A stretch of 64,000 bases of DNA from Candidatus Mailhella merdigallinarum (GCA_019117045.1 DXAN01000023.1:127527-191526), one strand, 5' to 3'; positions 29,993-40,485 are shown, counted from the first letter of the stretch. Numbers and translations are program-made. Notes: generated by a model from the letters alone, not told the origin.

Positions 29993-30463
29993 TTATTCCT
30001 CACCGCGCATGAGTCGGATTTCCCGCCGAGCCAACTCCACAAACTCCGGAAAGGCAGCCCGCGCAGCGGATGAAAGCTCCATGTTCCACGAGGTATAGTC
30101 GGCAGGCTCCATACCCACGATGACCATTTCAGGTCTGGAACCATGCAACTGTTCGGCCATACGCAGGGAATCGAGCAGATCGATGTCGTGAATGGACAGA
30201 CGGCGGCTTTCCTTGTGAACAAGTTGTTCCTCCGTCAGGCGGTACAGGCTGCCCGGTTTGCCTCCGGCGTGAACAATATCCAACACGAGCAACTTGTCGT
30301 ACCCCTTGAACAGATAGAATACGTCATGGGTAAAAGTTCCGCCATCCAGCAAGGTCACATCGTCCGGCCAGGAGTCGCGCAAAAGCTCCCGCACGGCGTG
30401 CACCCCCACGCCGTCGTCCGTCAGCAACAGATTGCCGACTCCGAGAACAAGAATCTTGGGCAT
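29993..30463 (-). CDS. hydrogenase maturation protease (HybD/HycI family)
   Basis: MPKILVLGVGNLLLTDDGVGVHAVREL is typical of [NiFe] hydrogenase maturation endopeptidases. 156 aa. Confidence 0.7.
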   Translation of the reverse strand: MPKILVLGVGNLLLTDDGVGVHAVRELLRDSWPDDVTLLDGGTFTHDVFYLFKGYDKLLVLDIVHAGGKPGSLYRLTEEQLVHKESRRLSIHDIDLLDSLRMAEQLHGSRPEMVIVGMEPADYTSWNMELSSAARAAFPEFVELARREIRLMRGEE

Positions 30464-30651
30464 ATATCCTCCCGCACGGACGTTGGCTTAAAACAGCCGG
30501 GCGCGCAAGTCCTCAGTTTCCGATGGAGAGGCCTCGGGCAGAGCCTCGGCTTGCCGGTGCGTATAAAACGACCTATCATCGGGGGCGTCTATTTCCATTC
30601 CAAAAAAGCGTGATGAAAACGTCACGCGTGCCGAATGGGAAGGAGGTACGC

Positions 30652-31272
30652 ATGTCCATGAACATTTTTCTGGGTATTGTCTTCGCAGTCGGTCTTGTCG
30701 GCGTCCTTCTCCCTCTGGTGATCGGTCTGGACACGGGACACATGGACGCCGATCTGTCCGATCTTGGCGGTGGCGACGCGGGCGCGGGAAGCGACCACAG
30801 CGGCGACGCGACGCGCGATACCGGGTTCACTCTGCTCAAGTTGTTCACAGTTCAGAACGTAAGCTCCTTTCTGATGGGGTATGCCGTCTTTGCTTTTGCG
30901 GCTCTGCGCATATTCCCGTCGGTGACCTTCCTGCCCGCCATAATGTCGCCGGACTTGTTCGCTCTGTTCTGGGGAGTAGTCGGCGGCATTTTCATGCTCT
31001 GGCTCATTAAAAAAATATACGGGATGGCGCGCCTCATCAGCGCGACCGTGGAATCAGGGCCCAAACCGCGTCCCCGCCCCGGAGACGGCGCGACGGCAAC
31101 TACCTCCATTGCGGGAGACGGCTCCACCTGGGGAGAAATCGAATGGAACTTCAGGGGGACGGCGCTGCGTTGGGCCGCCGTGTCCGAGGAAAACTGCGCT
31201 CCCGGCGAGGCTGTACGCGTGGTGGCCGACCTGGGCACGCATATCAAAGTCGAGCGGGTACACCGGGGTTGA
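30652..31272 (+). CDS. NfeD-like membrane protein (partner of flotillin)
   Basis: Start ATG 30652 after aggaggt. The protein has TM segments and a C-terminal OB-like NfeD motif (GEIEWNFRGTALRWAAVSEE...VRVVADLGTHIKVERV), and is directly upstream of a flotillin gene. Confidence 0.6.
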   Translation: MSMNIFLGIVFAVGLVGVLLPLVIGLDTGHMDADLSDLGGGDAGAGSDHSGDATRDTGFTLLKLFTVQNVSSFLMGYAVFAFAALRIFPSVTFLPAIMSPDLFALFWGVVGGIFMLWLIKKIYGMARLISATVESGPKPRPRPGDGATATTSIAGDGSTWGEIEWNFRGTALRWAAVSEENCAPGEAVRVVADLGTHIKVERVHRG

Positions 31273-31306
31273 CCCCGATTTTTATTCAATCAAGGGAGGT
31301 TGCTGC

Positions 31307-32695
31307 ATGTCGAGCCTTATTTATATGGGCGGGGGTATGCTCGTCCTGCTGATCGTGGCGATCGTGGTCGCCCTTTTTGTGGCGTCGCGTTTCGTGCGGG
31401 GCCGTTCCGACGCCTTGTTGGTGGTGACCGGCTATATGGGGAAAAACCCCGACGGCGACAACAAGGTAGCCAAAATAGTCCATGGCGGTCTGACCTTCGT
31501 TTGGCCTTTCATTCAAACGTATTCCTGGCTTACCCTGGAACCCTTCAAGGTCAAAATCAATCTGGAAGGGGCGCTGTCCAAAGAAAACATCAGGGTCAAC
31601 ATTCCCTGCGAATTCACTTTGGCCGTCAACTCCACCAACGTGGCCGTCACCGAAAACGCCTGCATACGCCTGCTCGACATCATCGACGAGCCTCGTGAAC
31701 TGGAAGGATTCGTCTCCACTATCGTGTTCGGGCAAATGCGCGGCGTCATCGCCAACCTGAAAATCGAAGAAATCAACAACGACCGTCTGGCCCTGCAGAA
31801 CAACATCATTGAATCGGTGGAAAAGGAACTGGCAAAAGTCGGTCTGACCGTAGTCAACGTCAACATCACCGACATCCGCGACGAAGCCCAGTACTTGGAA
31901 AACTTGGGGCGCAAGGCCGAGGCCGAAGCCCGGGCCAAAGCGTCGGTGGACATTGCCGAACAGGAAAAAGTGGGCGCGGTGGGCGCCGCCCGCGAAAGCA
32001 CCATCCGTCGCCAGGAAACGGCGCAGCTGGAATATCAGGCCGTAGCCAAGGAAAACGAGGCCAAGGCCCTGACGGCTCACTCCACGGCGCAGATGCAGCG
32101 CGATTCCGACATTGCCAGGGCCACCCACGCATCCGAAGCCGCCATAGCGGTGGCCGAAGCCACCAAACAAGCCAAACTGGCCGAAGCCGAGGCCGACAAG
32201 GTTATCCTGACCGCTCAGCAGGAAACGGAAGGAGCACGCCAGGCCCGCGACACGGCTGCCGCTTTTGCCGCACAGGTGCCCGCCATCGAAGCCGAAAAAA
32301 AAATCGCTATCTTGAGAGGCGAAGCCCAGGGGGAAGCCAAAAAAGCCGAAATGCTGGCCCAGGCCGAAGGCGTGCGGGCCCTCATGTCGGCCCAGGCCGA
32401 AGGCATCGCGCAGATAGTCAAAGCGGCGGGCGGCGACGCCATGGCCGCCATTCTGATAATGAGCCAGGAACAGGTGCCCGGCATGTTCAAAACGGCCTGT
32501 GAAGCCATCGCTCAGCGTAAAATCGACAAAATGGTCGTGGTATCCAACGCGGACGGCGACAAGGGGGGCGGTGCCCTGCACGGCCTGACCACGGACCTCC
32601 TGAACATGGTGCCCCAGGTGACCGAGGTGCTCGACACACTGGGCGTAACCGGCCCCAAGTCAAAACAGGACGAAGCCCCCGTCGATCCCCGCTGA
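31307..32695 (+). CDS. flotillin-like SPFH/band-7 protein
   Basis: Start ATG 31307 after RBS agggaggt. N-terminal TM helix, SPFH domain, then a long Ala/Glu-rich coiled coil, typical of YqiK/FloT. Confidence 0.85.
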   Translation: MSSLIYMGGGMLVLLIVAIVVALFVASRFVRGRSDALLVVTGYMGKNPDGDNKVAKIVHGGLTFVWPFIQTYSWLTLEPFKVKINLEGALSKENIRVNIPCEFTLAVNSTNVAVTENACIRLLDIIDEPRELEGFVSTIVFGQMRGVIANLKIEEINNDRLALQNNIIESVEKELAKVGLTVVNVNITDIRDEAQYLENLGRKAEAEARAKASVDIAEQEKVGAVGAARESTIRRQETAQLEYQAVAKENEAKALTAHSTAQMQRDSDIARATHASEAAIAVAEATKQAKLAEAEADKVILTAQQETEGARQARDTAAAFAAQVPAIEAEKKIAILRGEAQGEAKKAEMLAQAEGVRALMSAQAEGIAQIVKAAGGDAMAAILIMSQEQVPGMFKTACEAIAQRKIDKMVVVSNADGDKGGGALHGLTTDLLNMVPQVTEVLDTLGVTGPKSKQDEAPVDPR

Positions 32696-32730
32696 CCAAA
32701 GCTCCCCAACGCGGGGTTTCTCATCAGTCT

Positions 32731-32755
32731 GAGAGGGCTTCGGCCCTCTTTTCGC
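32731..32755 (+). terminator. rho-independent terminator after the flotillin gene
   Basis: gagagggc-ttcg-gccctctt followed by ttcgc. Confidence 0.5.
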
Positions 32756-32986
32756 ACTTCGATTCATTTCCAGCCAGGCCTCTTGCCGTGTTCGGCAAAC
32801 ATCCGCCGCCCCCCTCCGGCACCTTCGCCGGGGGAGGGCTCTCTTTTTTATTCGCATAGGTTCCCCCGGCAAAATACTTTCCCCTATTCCGGAGAATAGG
32901 CAGTATGCTCACAGCCCGTGTCAGGAACGGACGGCAAGCGACCGCGCGTCGTCCCGGGCATGGAACGTGCCGAAAGGAGAATTGCC

Positions 32987-34582
32987 ATGATTCAGAGACT
33001 GTGCACCGAGTCCGCCGAGGGCCGGAACGATAAGAATGACGACGTGGTTCGTCTGCAGGACGTCATTGTCTACGCGTTACGGCGTATGGCATACGGCGCG
33101 CTTCACCGGCACGCCCAAGGCGAAGCCACTCCCGAGGCGGACGACGTGATGGCGGCCGCGCTGTATGCCACCCGTCCCGACGCCTCGGTCGATGTCCCCG
33201 CTTTGCAGCGGCTGCTGCGTGATATCGTACTCGCTCAAAAGCGCGTCAACCCCAATCTGGATTGTGAGGCCGACAGTTGTTCGCAAACCGTGGCCGCCAC
33301 CCTGGCGCTTCTCAAACAGGACGCGCCTTCCGCCGACGAATTAAACGCAAACCGGGATATACGCTCGGCCATGCTGATCCTGCTGGCCCTTGCCCGTAAG
33401 ACGGCGGGAGCCCGTTTTCAGGCCGCATCTCTGGGACGGCGGGACGGCGAAGTGGATGACTTCCTGTACTCGGCGCTGACGGCGGGCATTCCTCCTCAGT
33501 ATTTCGAAACCCAGTGGGAAGGCATACCGGATAATTACGACGAAAACGGTACTCACGGCCGCAGCCGCAATCTGGACGAGTGGGTGGAACTGCTGCTCCA
33601 GGGCGGACGTATGGCGTTGAAGACCCTGGAAATGGCGGACGAAGCGGCCGCCGACATGTACGGCACGCCTCAGCCCACGCCCGTATCTTTGGGGCATCGC
33701 CCTGGCCGGGCTTTGCTTGTTTCCGGCGGCGATATGCGTACTCTGCATGAGGTGCTGGAACAGACCGTCAAGGCGGACATCGCGGTCTATACCCACGGCG
33801 GTCTGCTCAAGGCTCACGCCTATCCCCGCCTGCGTTCCTATCCTCATCTGGCGGGACATATAGGCGAACCCGGCCCGGAGGGCCTGGCACATTTTCCCGG
33901 TCCGGTTCTGTTTACGGCCGGAGCAAGCATAGGACAAAGCTGCGGCGACGCCTTCTTTACCTCCGAAGGGTATCCCGCCGACAACGGAAGTCCGGGCGAC
34001 GAAGCGGCCATGAAGAACCTGGCTCAGGCCATGCCGGGCTTTTCCGACGAGATATTCGGCGGGGAAATCACCACCGGATTTGGGCGCAAAACATTGCGGG
34101 CCGTGGCGCCCCAGGTGGCCGACGCCTTGCGCGCCGGCACTCTGAGACATGTGTTTGTGCTCGACGCCTGCGCCGCCGATTGGTCGGAAGGGGCGTATTT
34201 TCCCGAGTTTCTGCAGTTGACGCCGCCTGATACGCTCATTCTGGATCTGACGGGCGGCTCCTGCCGCATGGCGGACAAAAGCCTGGGAGCAGCGGGGGGA
34301 CTGCCTCGGCTGATGCACGCCGACCTGTTCGCCGCCGCCGGTTTCGGTCCGGCCCTGGCCGAGGCGCTGGGGTCCTCCCGCGTTCCCCTGACCTGGCTGT
34401 TCTCCGGAGCCTCCGCGGTATCGGGGCTACTCGCGCTGCTGACCGCAGATATAGGAAGCGTCGCCTTCGGTCCCGACCTGCCCGACGTTGTAACCCCCGA
34501 TCTGTGGGCCGCTCTGGGGCGCCGTCATGCCATCCTCCGGCTTGGTTCTCCGGCCGACGATATTAAATCTCTGCTGAACTGA
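32987..34582 (+). CDS. hybrid-cluster-protein (prismane/Hcp)-like protein lacking the N-terminal cubane Cys motif
   Basis: LLVSGGDMRTLHEVLEQTVKADIAVYTHGGLLKAHAYPRLRSYPHLAGHIGEPGPEG aligns with Hcp ILVSGHDL..LE.LLEQT.G.GV.VYTHGEMLPAH.YP..KKY.HLVGNYG. The N-terminus MIQRLCTESAEG... aligns with MFCFQCQETAKN..GC..KGVCGK but retains only one Cys. Start ATG 32987 after aaaggaga. Confidence 0.65.
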   Translation: MIQRLCTESAEGRNDKNDDVVRLQDVIVYALRRMAYGALHRHAQGEATPEADDVMAAALYATRPDASVDVPALQRLLRDIVLAQKRVNPNLDCEADSCSQTVAATLALLKQDAPSADELNANRDIRSAMLILLALARKTAGARFQAASLGRRDGEVDDFLYSALTAGIPPQYFETQWEGIPDNYDENGTHGRSRNLDEWVELLLQGGRMALKTLEMADEAAADMYGTPQPTPVSLGHRPGRALLVSGGDMRTLHEVLEQTVKADIAVYTHGGLLKAHAYPRLRSYPHLAGHIGEPGPEGLAHFPGPVLFTAGASIGQSCGDAFFTSEGYPADNGSPGDEAAMKNLAQAMPGFSDEIFGGEITTGFGRKTLRAVAPQVADALRAGTLRHVFVLDACAADWSEGAYFPEFLQLTPPDTLILDLTGGSCRMADKSLGAAGGLPRLMHADLFAAAGFGPALAEALGSSRVPLTWLFSGASAVSGLLALLTADIGSVAFGPDLPDVVTPDLWAALGRRHAILRLGSPADDIKSLLN

Positions 34583-34732
34583 CCCTACCCGGTCCCCTGC
34601 CCTTCCCGCCGCCCCATTCCGGAGTTTCCCCGGCGGGGCGGCGACGCTGCTCCTTGATTGACTTGCTCCGGTTTTTCAGGAAAGAAGAGTCTGTTTTCGC
34701 CTCTTCGGCGCTCCCTTTTTACCGGAGTCTCT

Positions 34733-35608
34733 ATGAAGAACATTGTGCGCTATTTGCTATGCGGCCTGGCCATGGGCGCAGCCGACGTAGTGCCCGGGGT
34801 TTCGGGCGGCACCATCGCGTTTATCACCGGCATCTACCAACAATTGCTCGACGGAATCCAAGCCTTCGACATGACCTTTTTCAAGCTGTTTTTTCGGGGA
34901 CGCTTCCGCGAGGCGCTGAGTCGCATTCCCTGGTCCTTTTTATTGCCCCTGGCCATCGGCATAGCTTGTTCCATATTCAGTCTGGCCAAGTTGGTGCTCT
35001 ACCTGCTCCACGCTTATCCTGTCGTTGTATGGTCCTTCTTTTTCGGCCTTATTGTGGCATCCATAGTCATGTTGCTTCGCGAACTCAAGCAGTACGGCCC
35101 CGGAGTATGGACGGCCTTCGCCGCGGGCGCGGCGTTCGCCTGGTGGCTGACCGGGGCAGAAAGCGTGCACATGACCCAAAATCCCCCCATGTTGTTTCTG
35201 GCGGGTTTCATCGCCATCTGCGCCATGCTTCTGCCCGGCATTTCCGGCGCCTTCGTCCTGGTGCTGCTTGGCCAGTATCAATTTGTGCTGACGGCCGTTA
35301 CCACATTCAACCTGCCGGTTCTTGTGCTGTTCGCCTTAGGTTGCGTATGCGGTCTTCTGCTTTTCGCGCGGGTGCTGAATTACTGCCTGCGGCGCTACCG
35401 CACCGCCACTCTGGCCATACTCATCGGCATCATGGCCGGTTCGTTGCGCACGGTGTGGCCCTGGCAAGAGGCCAACATGCCCGCATTGCCGCCTTCTCTG
35501 GGGGTTGAAATCGCCCTTGCCGCTTTATGTTGCGCGGCGGGCGTATGTCTGCCCCTGCTTCTGGATGCACTCCCCGCCTTGTTGAAAACCAAAGCGATCG
35601 TGCGTTGA
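34733..35608 (+). CDS. DUF368-family membrane protein (undecaprenyl-phosphate translocase-like)
   Basis: VVPGVSGGTIAFITGIY matches the DUF368 signature. Multi-pass membrane protein; start MKNIVRY at 34733. Confidence 0.75.
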   Translation: MKNIVRYLLCGLAMGAADVVPGVSGGTIAFITGIYQQLLDGIQAFDMTFFKLFFRGRFREALSRIPWSFLLPLAIGIACSIFSLAKLVLYLLHAYPVVVWSFFFGLIVASIVMLLRELKQYGPGVWTAFAAGAAFAWWLTGAESVHMTQNPPMLFLAGFIAICAMLLPGISGAFVLVLLGQYQFVLTAVTTFNLPVLVLFALGCVCGLLLFARVLNYCLRRYRTATLAILIGIMAGSLRTVWPWQEANMPALPPSLGVEIALAALCCAAGVCLPLLLDALPALLKTKAIVR

Positions 35609-35757
35609 CTGCGTTGCGTGCCGACGCTTTTCCGGTCGTCGCCGTCATCACATAAGCAGGCAGGATTCGGCCGAAATGTTGTGTGAAAAGGGATGGCGCT
35701 CTGAAAGCGCCATCCCGAGATTGCGACATAGCCCGGTATGTTCAATCGCAAAACACT

Positions 35758-36660
35758 CTAACCGACGCCGGGCCACATCAGGCATACCCACTCGTCAGCC
35801 GTCGGGTCATCCGGCCCGGCGGAGCGGGTAGGATCGCTCGCGGCGGAAGGCGCCGTCAATTGCCCAGGCGTGCCCATAGCTGCATAGGCAGCCTCCAAGC
35901 TCGGCGTCTGTACCCGTAAAAAGCCCGAAAGCACCAGACAGCCGCCAGGCCGTACCAGGGCCATAATGGACTCCGCCATATCCCGCAAAGGCGCGGCCAG
36001 AATATTGGCTACCACCAGATCATAACGCCGCCCCGCCACGGCGTCCGCACTGCCGGAACGCACCTCGAACGCCTCCTCCACCCGATTAAGCGCGCGGTTT
36101 TCCGCAGCGTTGCTCACCGCCAGAGGGTCAATATCCAGCCCCAGACCTCGTAACCCCAGCTTGACGCAAGCTATGCCCAAAACCCCCGTCCCTGTGCCCA
36201 AGTCCAGAAATTCCTGACCGGCGGTCAGCACTCCGGCGGCGCGCAGGCGCGACAATGCCTCCAGACATAAGGTGGTCGTGGGGTGGTGGCCGGTGCCGAA
36301 AGCCGACTTGGGTTCGATAAAAACGGGCAAGCGTCCTTGCGGATCGGCATCCGCCAGCCAGGGAGGCAAAACAAGAAAATCACCCGCGGTCACCGGTGTG
36401 AAAAAATCACGCCAGGCGGCCGTCCAGTCTTGTTTCTGCACTTCCGCCCGCTCCACGACAGCTTCGGGCAACAGGGATTTCACTTCGTCCGCCAAAGCGT
36501 CAAGTATTTCCCTTTCCTCACAGTGCACACGCAGGCGGGTTTCGCCCGTGGACAATGATTCTTCCTCCCATCCCGAACTGACGGCACGGGCCACCAGGGC
36601 TTCGGCCAAGGGGAAGTCGGATTCCGGGGCCACTATGTCCAGACGGAACAATACGGGCAT
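35758..36660 (-). CDS. prmA: ribosomal protein L11 methyltransferase
   Basis: PrmA N-terminal domain and AdoMet-binding motif LDLGTGTGVLGIA. Start MPVLFRLD at 36660. Confidence 0.8.
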   Translation of the reverse strand: MPVLFRLDIVAPESDFPLAEALVARAVSSGWEEESLSTGETRLRVHCEEREILDALADEVKSLLPEAVVERAEVQKQDWTAAWRDFFTPVTAGDFLVLPPWLADADPQGRLPVFIEPKSAFGTGHHPTTTLCLEALSRLRAAGVLTAGQEFLDLGTGTGVLGIACVKLGLRGLGLDIDPLAVSNAAENRALNRVEEAFEVRSGSADAVAGRRYDLVVANILAAPLRDMAESIMALVRPGGCLVLSGFLRVQTPSLEAAYAAMGTPGQLTAPSAASDPTRSAGPDDPTADEWVCLMWPGVG

Positions 36661-36689
36661 GACGAACTCCTGCTGGCGGGATTGCCCGG

Positions 36690-37388
36690 TCAAGCCACGC
36701 GGGCCTTATAACGAGCGGTATGTTTTTCCAGGCGGCGGGAAAAAGCCGTCAATGTCCAACAAATAATGAAATACATGACGGCGATGGTAAAATACAGTTC
36801 GGCCGACGCGGTCACCGTGCGGTTGTCGATCTGAGTGGCCGCCCTGGTCAGTTCGGTAATACCCAGCACATAGGCCAGAGAGGTATCCTTGGTCAGGCTG
36901 ACGAACTGGTTGACGAACGAGGGAATCATATTACGCAGGGCTTGAGGCAGAACGACATACCGCATGGTCTGACCGTGGGTCAGCCCCGTGCCGCGCGCGG
37001 CCTCCGTCTGCCCTTTGGGCAAAGACAACACGCCTGCGCGTACAATTTCCGCAATATAGGCGGCGGTGAACAGAACAAAGGCCGTCACGGCGCTGCCTAG
37101 TTCAGGCATAGTGCGCCCGAACACGATGGGAAGCATGAAATAGAACCAGAACAGGACCATGAGCAGGGGCACACCGCGCATTATCTCGATATAGGCAGTG
37201 GCAGGCCAACGCAGGAAGCGATGGGAGGAAAGGCGTAGGAGGCCCAAAGCCAGGCCCAGCCAGAAGGCGCAGAAAATGCCGATGAGGGCCAGAATGATGG
37301 TCAGAGCCAGGCCGCCCAGCGGCCCATCGGGGTACGCCCCCCACAACAGATAAGGAAAGTTGTCCCAGACGACGGACCAGTTGCTCAT
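36690..37388 (-). CDS. polar amino-acid ABC transporter permease
   Basis: His/Gln/Glu-type permease with EAA-like loop (TEAARGTGLTHGQTMRYVVLPQA). Confidence 0.8.
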   Translation of the reverse strand: MSNWSVVWDNFPYLLWGAYPDGPLGGLALTIILALIGIFCAFWLGLALGLLRLSSHRFLRWPATAYIEIMRGVPLLMVLFWFYFMLPIVFGRTMPELGSAVTAFVLFTAAYIAEIVRAGVLSLPKGQTEAARGTGLTHGQTMRYVVLPQALRNMIPSFVNQFVSLTKDTSLAYVLGITELTRAATQIDNRTVTASAELYFTIAVMYFIICWTLTAFSRRLEKHTARYKARVA

Positions 37389-38101
37389 GCCACGGCCCTC
37401 CGTGTGCTGGAAGTACGCAACACCCGCGCGTTGTACTGGGTAATCAGGAAAGAAACCAGCAGCGAAACGCTCAGATACAACAGAGTGGCAACGGTGAACG
37501 GTTCAAACACGCGGGCCGTGTGGGATTCGATTTGACGAGCCATATAGGTCAGTTCGGCCACACCGATAACCATGCACAACGACGAATTCTTGAAAAGGTT
37601 AAGCGATTGGGAAATGAGGGGCGGCACAACGATGCGGAATGCCTGAGGAAGGATAACGTAGCGCATGGATTGTAGAAAACTGAGGCCGCAGGCGCGGGAA
37701 GCTTCCAGTTGGGTGCGGGGAATGGCGCTGATGCCGGAACGGATTTCCTCGGCGATAAAAGCCGAGGTATAGATGGACAGGGCGATGACCCCGGCGGCGA
37801 ACTCGATGTTTTGCTGGTACAGCCAGTTTTTGACAAATTCGGGCAGAATGGCGTCGGACCCGAAATACCAGAACAAAATTTGCACCAGAAGAGGCGTGTT
37901 GCGGAAAAATTCGGTATACAGCGCGCTGATCCACACCAGGGGGCGCACATGGGACAGCCGCAACACCGCGATCACGGTGCCCAAAATCAGAGCAATGATC
38001 AGCGACAGGGCGGAAATCTGAAGAGTGACGACAAAGCCCTGCACGAGCCAGTCGAAGTATTCCCCCGATAAAATGAGCTTCCAGTTGAAAACGTAGTGCA
38101 A
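37385..38101 (-). CDS. polar amino-acid ABC transporter permease (second)
   Basis: Paralogous permease (LEASRACGLSFLQSMRYVILPQA); overlaps the neighbouring permease gene by 4 nt. Confidence 0.8.
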   Translation of the reverse strand: MHYVFNWKLILSGEYFDWLVQGFVVTLQISALSLIIALILGTVIAVLRLSHVRPLVWISALYTEFFRNTPLLVQILFWYFGSDAILPEFVKNWLYQQNIEFAAGVIALSIYTSAFIAEEIRSGISAIPRTQLEASRACGLSFLQSMRYVILPQAFRIVVPPLISQSLNLFKNSSLCMVIGVAELTYMARQIESHTARVFEPFTVATLLYLSVSLLVSFLITQYNARVLRTSSTRRAVA

Positions 38102-38294
38102 AGTGCGTTCACTCCCTCAGAAGATTGGCGATGAGGTCCCGGTCGGCACGACGACGCCATGTTCCCCGTTTAGCCTTTTCAGCTGTATGCCGGGGCTTGC
38201 GGATCATCCGGTCCAGCTTCCGGCCCCGGACGGAAACTTGAACCGGGCGGATCGTCCCCGGCCGAGGGCGATCCGCTGTTATAGACGGGAAGGC

Positions 38295-39107
38295 TCAGGG
38301 CCAGATTTCCATTTGCCAGCGCAGCGGAATATGGAACTTGGTGCCTTCGCCGAACCAGGTGGTGTAGTACTCCTGAAACTTGCCGGAGCGCCACATATCC
38401 ATAAGGGCGAAGTTTACGGCATCACGCAGCTTGGATTCATTTTCCACCATGCCCACGGCGTAAGGTTCGGAGGCGATGAAGTCGCCCACCACTTCCCATT
38501 GGGAGGGATCGGGATCGGAGTTCTTGAGGCCCACCAGGATGGGTTCGTCGGTGGTGACGGCCACGACCTTGCCTTGTTTGAGGGCCAGGAATGCCTGGGG
38601 ATATTCGTCGAACGACACCACGGTGCAGTCGGGTTGAGCGGCTTTCATGTTCTTTTCGGACGTGGAGCCCTTGACGCTGCCCACGCGTTTGCCTTTAAGA
38701 TCGGCGGGCGAGGTGATGCCGCTATCCTTTTTGACCAGCAGGCGCTGCCCGGCGTCAAAATAGGTGATGGAAAAATCGACGGAATCGTCGCGGGCTATCT
38801 GATGGGTGAAGGTGGCCAGTACCAGATCCACCGACCCCTGGGTCAGCATGGGAATACGAGTGGCGCTGGATACGGTTTTGAGCTCCGGCTTCACGCCGAT
38901 ATATTCGGCAATCCCCCGGCACAGATCCACATCGAACCCGGTAAGCTGTTTGGTGGTTTCGTCAATGAAGCCGAACGGGACCACGGAGTCCTTGACGCCG
39001 CAAATCAGCGTGCCGCGCGCCTTGATATCGTCCAGTTTGTTGGCCAGCGCGGGCGTCGCGGCGGCCAGCACCCCGCAAGCGAGAGCCAGGCACAAAATAC
39101 GTTTCAT
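38295..39107 (-). CDS. amino-acid ABC transporter periplasmic substrate-binding protein (SBP_bac_3)
   Basis: Signal peptide MKRILCLALACGVLAAATPALA followed by the family 3 SBP fold. Confidence 0.8.
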   Translation of the reverse strand: MKRILCLALACGVLAAATPALANKLDDIKARGTLICGVKDSVVPFGFIDETTKQLTGFDVDLCRGIAEYIGVKPELKTVSSATRIPMLTQGSVDLVLATFTHQIARDDSVDFSITYFDAGQRLLVKKDSGITSPADLKGKRVGSVKGSTSEKNMKAAQPDCTVVSFDEYPQAFLALKQGKVVAVTTDEPILVGLKNSDPDPSQWEVVGDFIASEPYAVGMVENESKLRDAVNFALMDMWRSGKFQEYYTTWFGEGTKFHIPLRWQMEIWP

Positions 39108-39210
39108 ACAATCTCCTTCCGTAGGTGGTTGACGGCGCGGAGCGCCGGAAAGCGGGCCGGCCGGGCCGCCCGCGAAATCACCGCAGGGCGCGTCTTCTGG
39201 CGCGACGCTC

Positions 39211-39939
39211 CTACAGTATTTCTTTCAGGAAGGCGCGGGTGCGCTCGTGCTTGGGGTTGGTGAAAAAGACGTCGGGCGGCGCCTCTTCCAGAATTTCCCC
39301 GTGGTCGACGAAGATAACCCGGTCCGCCACTTCGCGGGCGAAGCCCATTTCATGGGTGACGCACAGCATGGTCATGCCGTCGCGCGCCAGGTCCTTCATG
39401 ACGTTCAACACTTCATTGATCATTTCCGGGTCGAGGGCCGAGGTAGGCTCGTCAAAGAGCATGACCTTGGGCTGCATGGCCAAGGCGCGGGCGATGGCCA
39501 CACGCTGTTGCTGACCGCCGGAAAGCTCCACCGGATATTTGTTGGCCTGGGTTTCAATACCCACCCGCTTCAGCAGGTCCATAGCCAGACTGACGGCTTT
39601 GGCCTTCTGCATCTTACGAACCTTGATGGGAGCCAGCGTCACATTGTCCAGCACAGTAAGATGCGGGTACAGGTTGAACTGCTGGAACACGATACCCACT
39701 TCGGCGCGCAATTCATTAAGGTTGACGCTTTTATCATAAATACTGGTACCTTCCAACAATATGGCACCACGCTGGATGGGTTCCAGCCGGTTGAGGCAAC
39801 GGATGAAGGTGCTCTTGCCGGACCCGGAAGGGCCGCAAATGACCAGGACTTCCCCTTTTTCCACTTTCTCGGAAATACCTTTGAGCACGTGGAATTCGCC
39901 ATACCATTTGTGGATGTCCTGAAATTCGATCATGGCCAT
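39211..39939 (-). CDS. amino-acid ABC transporter ATP-binding protein (GlnQ-like)
   Basis: Walker [13 protein letters not shown] signature LSGGQQQR, Walker [12 protein letters not shown]. Start MAMIEF at 39939; the upstream part of the listed ORF has no support. Confidence 0.85.
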   Translation of the reverse strand: MAMIEFQDIHKWYGEFHVLKGISEKVEKGEVLVICGPSGSGKSTFIRCLNRLEPIQRGAILLEGTSIYDKSVNLNELRAEVGIVFQQFNLYPHLTVLDNVTLAPIKVRKMQKAKAVSLAMDLLKRVGIETQANKYPVELSGGQQQRVAIARALAMQPKVMLFDEPTSALDPEMINEVLNVMKDLARDGMTMLCVTHEMGFAREVADRVIFVDHGEILEEAPPDVFFTNPKHERTRAFLKEIL

Positions 39940-40485
39940 GCGGCGCGTCCTCCTTGCTGGGGGCCTGCCAGAGTAAAACCTGGGTTGAAAAGGACCGTCC
40001 GCCCTGGAATACGGCGGACGAAAACGACGCGGACGATAGAAAAAGCCTCCTCCGTCCGGCGGCGAAGAGGAGCGGCATATTCGGCTAAACAATGCGACAT
40101 CCCCTCTAAATCAGAAACGTAGTAGGCGAAGGCCGCCGCTGTCAAGTGGCGCGTTCCCGCGCGCAGCCATATCAACCTCCGGGCGCGGACCTCCCGACAT
40201 CCATGCCCGTTTCGTTTTTTTTTATCCGACATCATCGCCGTCAGACTATTGACAGTCTCTAATTTATACTTGAGAATCAGGGGGATTTAAGACGGCATGG
40301 TTCCAGAGAGACCGGATGCCGCCCGCAATGGCGAACAGCATTTTAAGCTGTTGGGGCTGTTGACGAAGTCGATAACCCCGAAAAGCGAAACAACGACTGA
40401 TTTTCTTGCCTTTCCGCCCGGCGGCGTTGCCGCCGTAAGCGGCGTTTACCATCAGTCTGAAGTGCGGCAGGGATGTGGAGGCGGC

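Noticed and set aside
31286-32581. 431-aa minus-strand ORF
   Set aside because: It is antisense to the flotillin gene; the translation is Gly/Phe/His-rich low complexity.
39940-40092. N-terminal extension of the ABC ATPase ORF ([15 protein letters not shown]...)
   Set aside because: The conserved ATPase N-terminus begins at MAMIEF, and the extension is Arg/Pro-rich junk. The same reasoning trimmed the metQ, metN, argG, argH, prmA and IMPACT ORFs.
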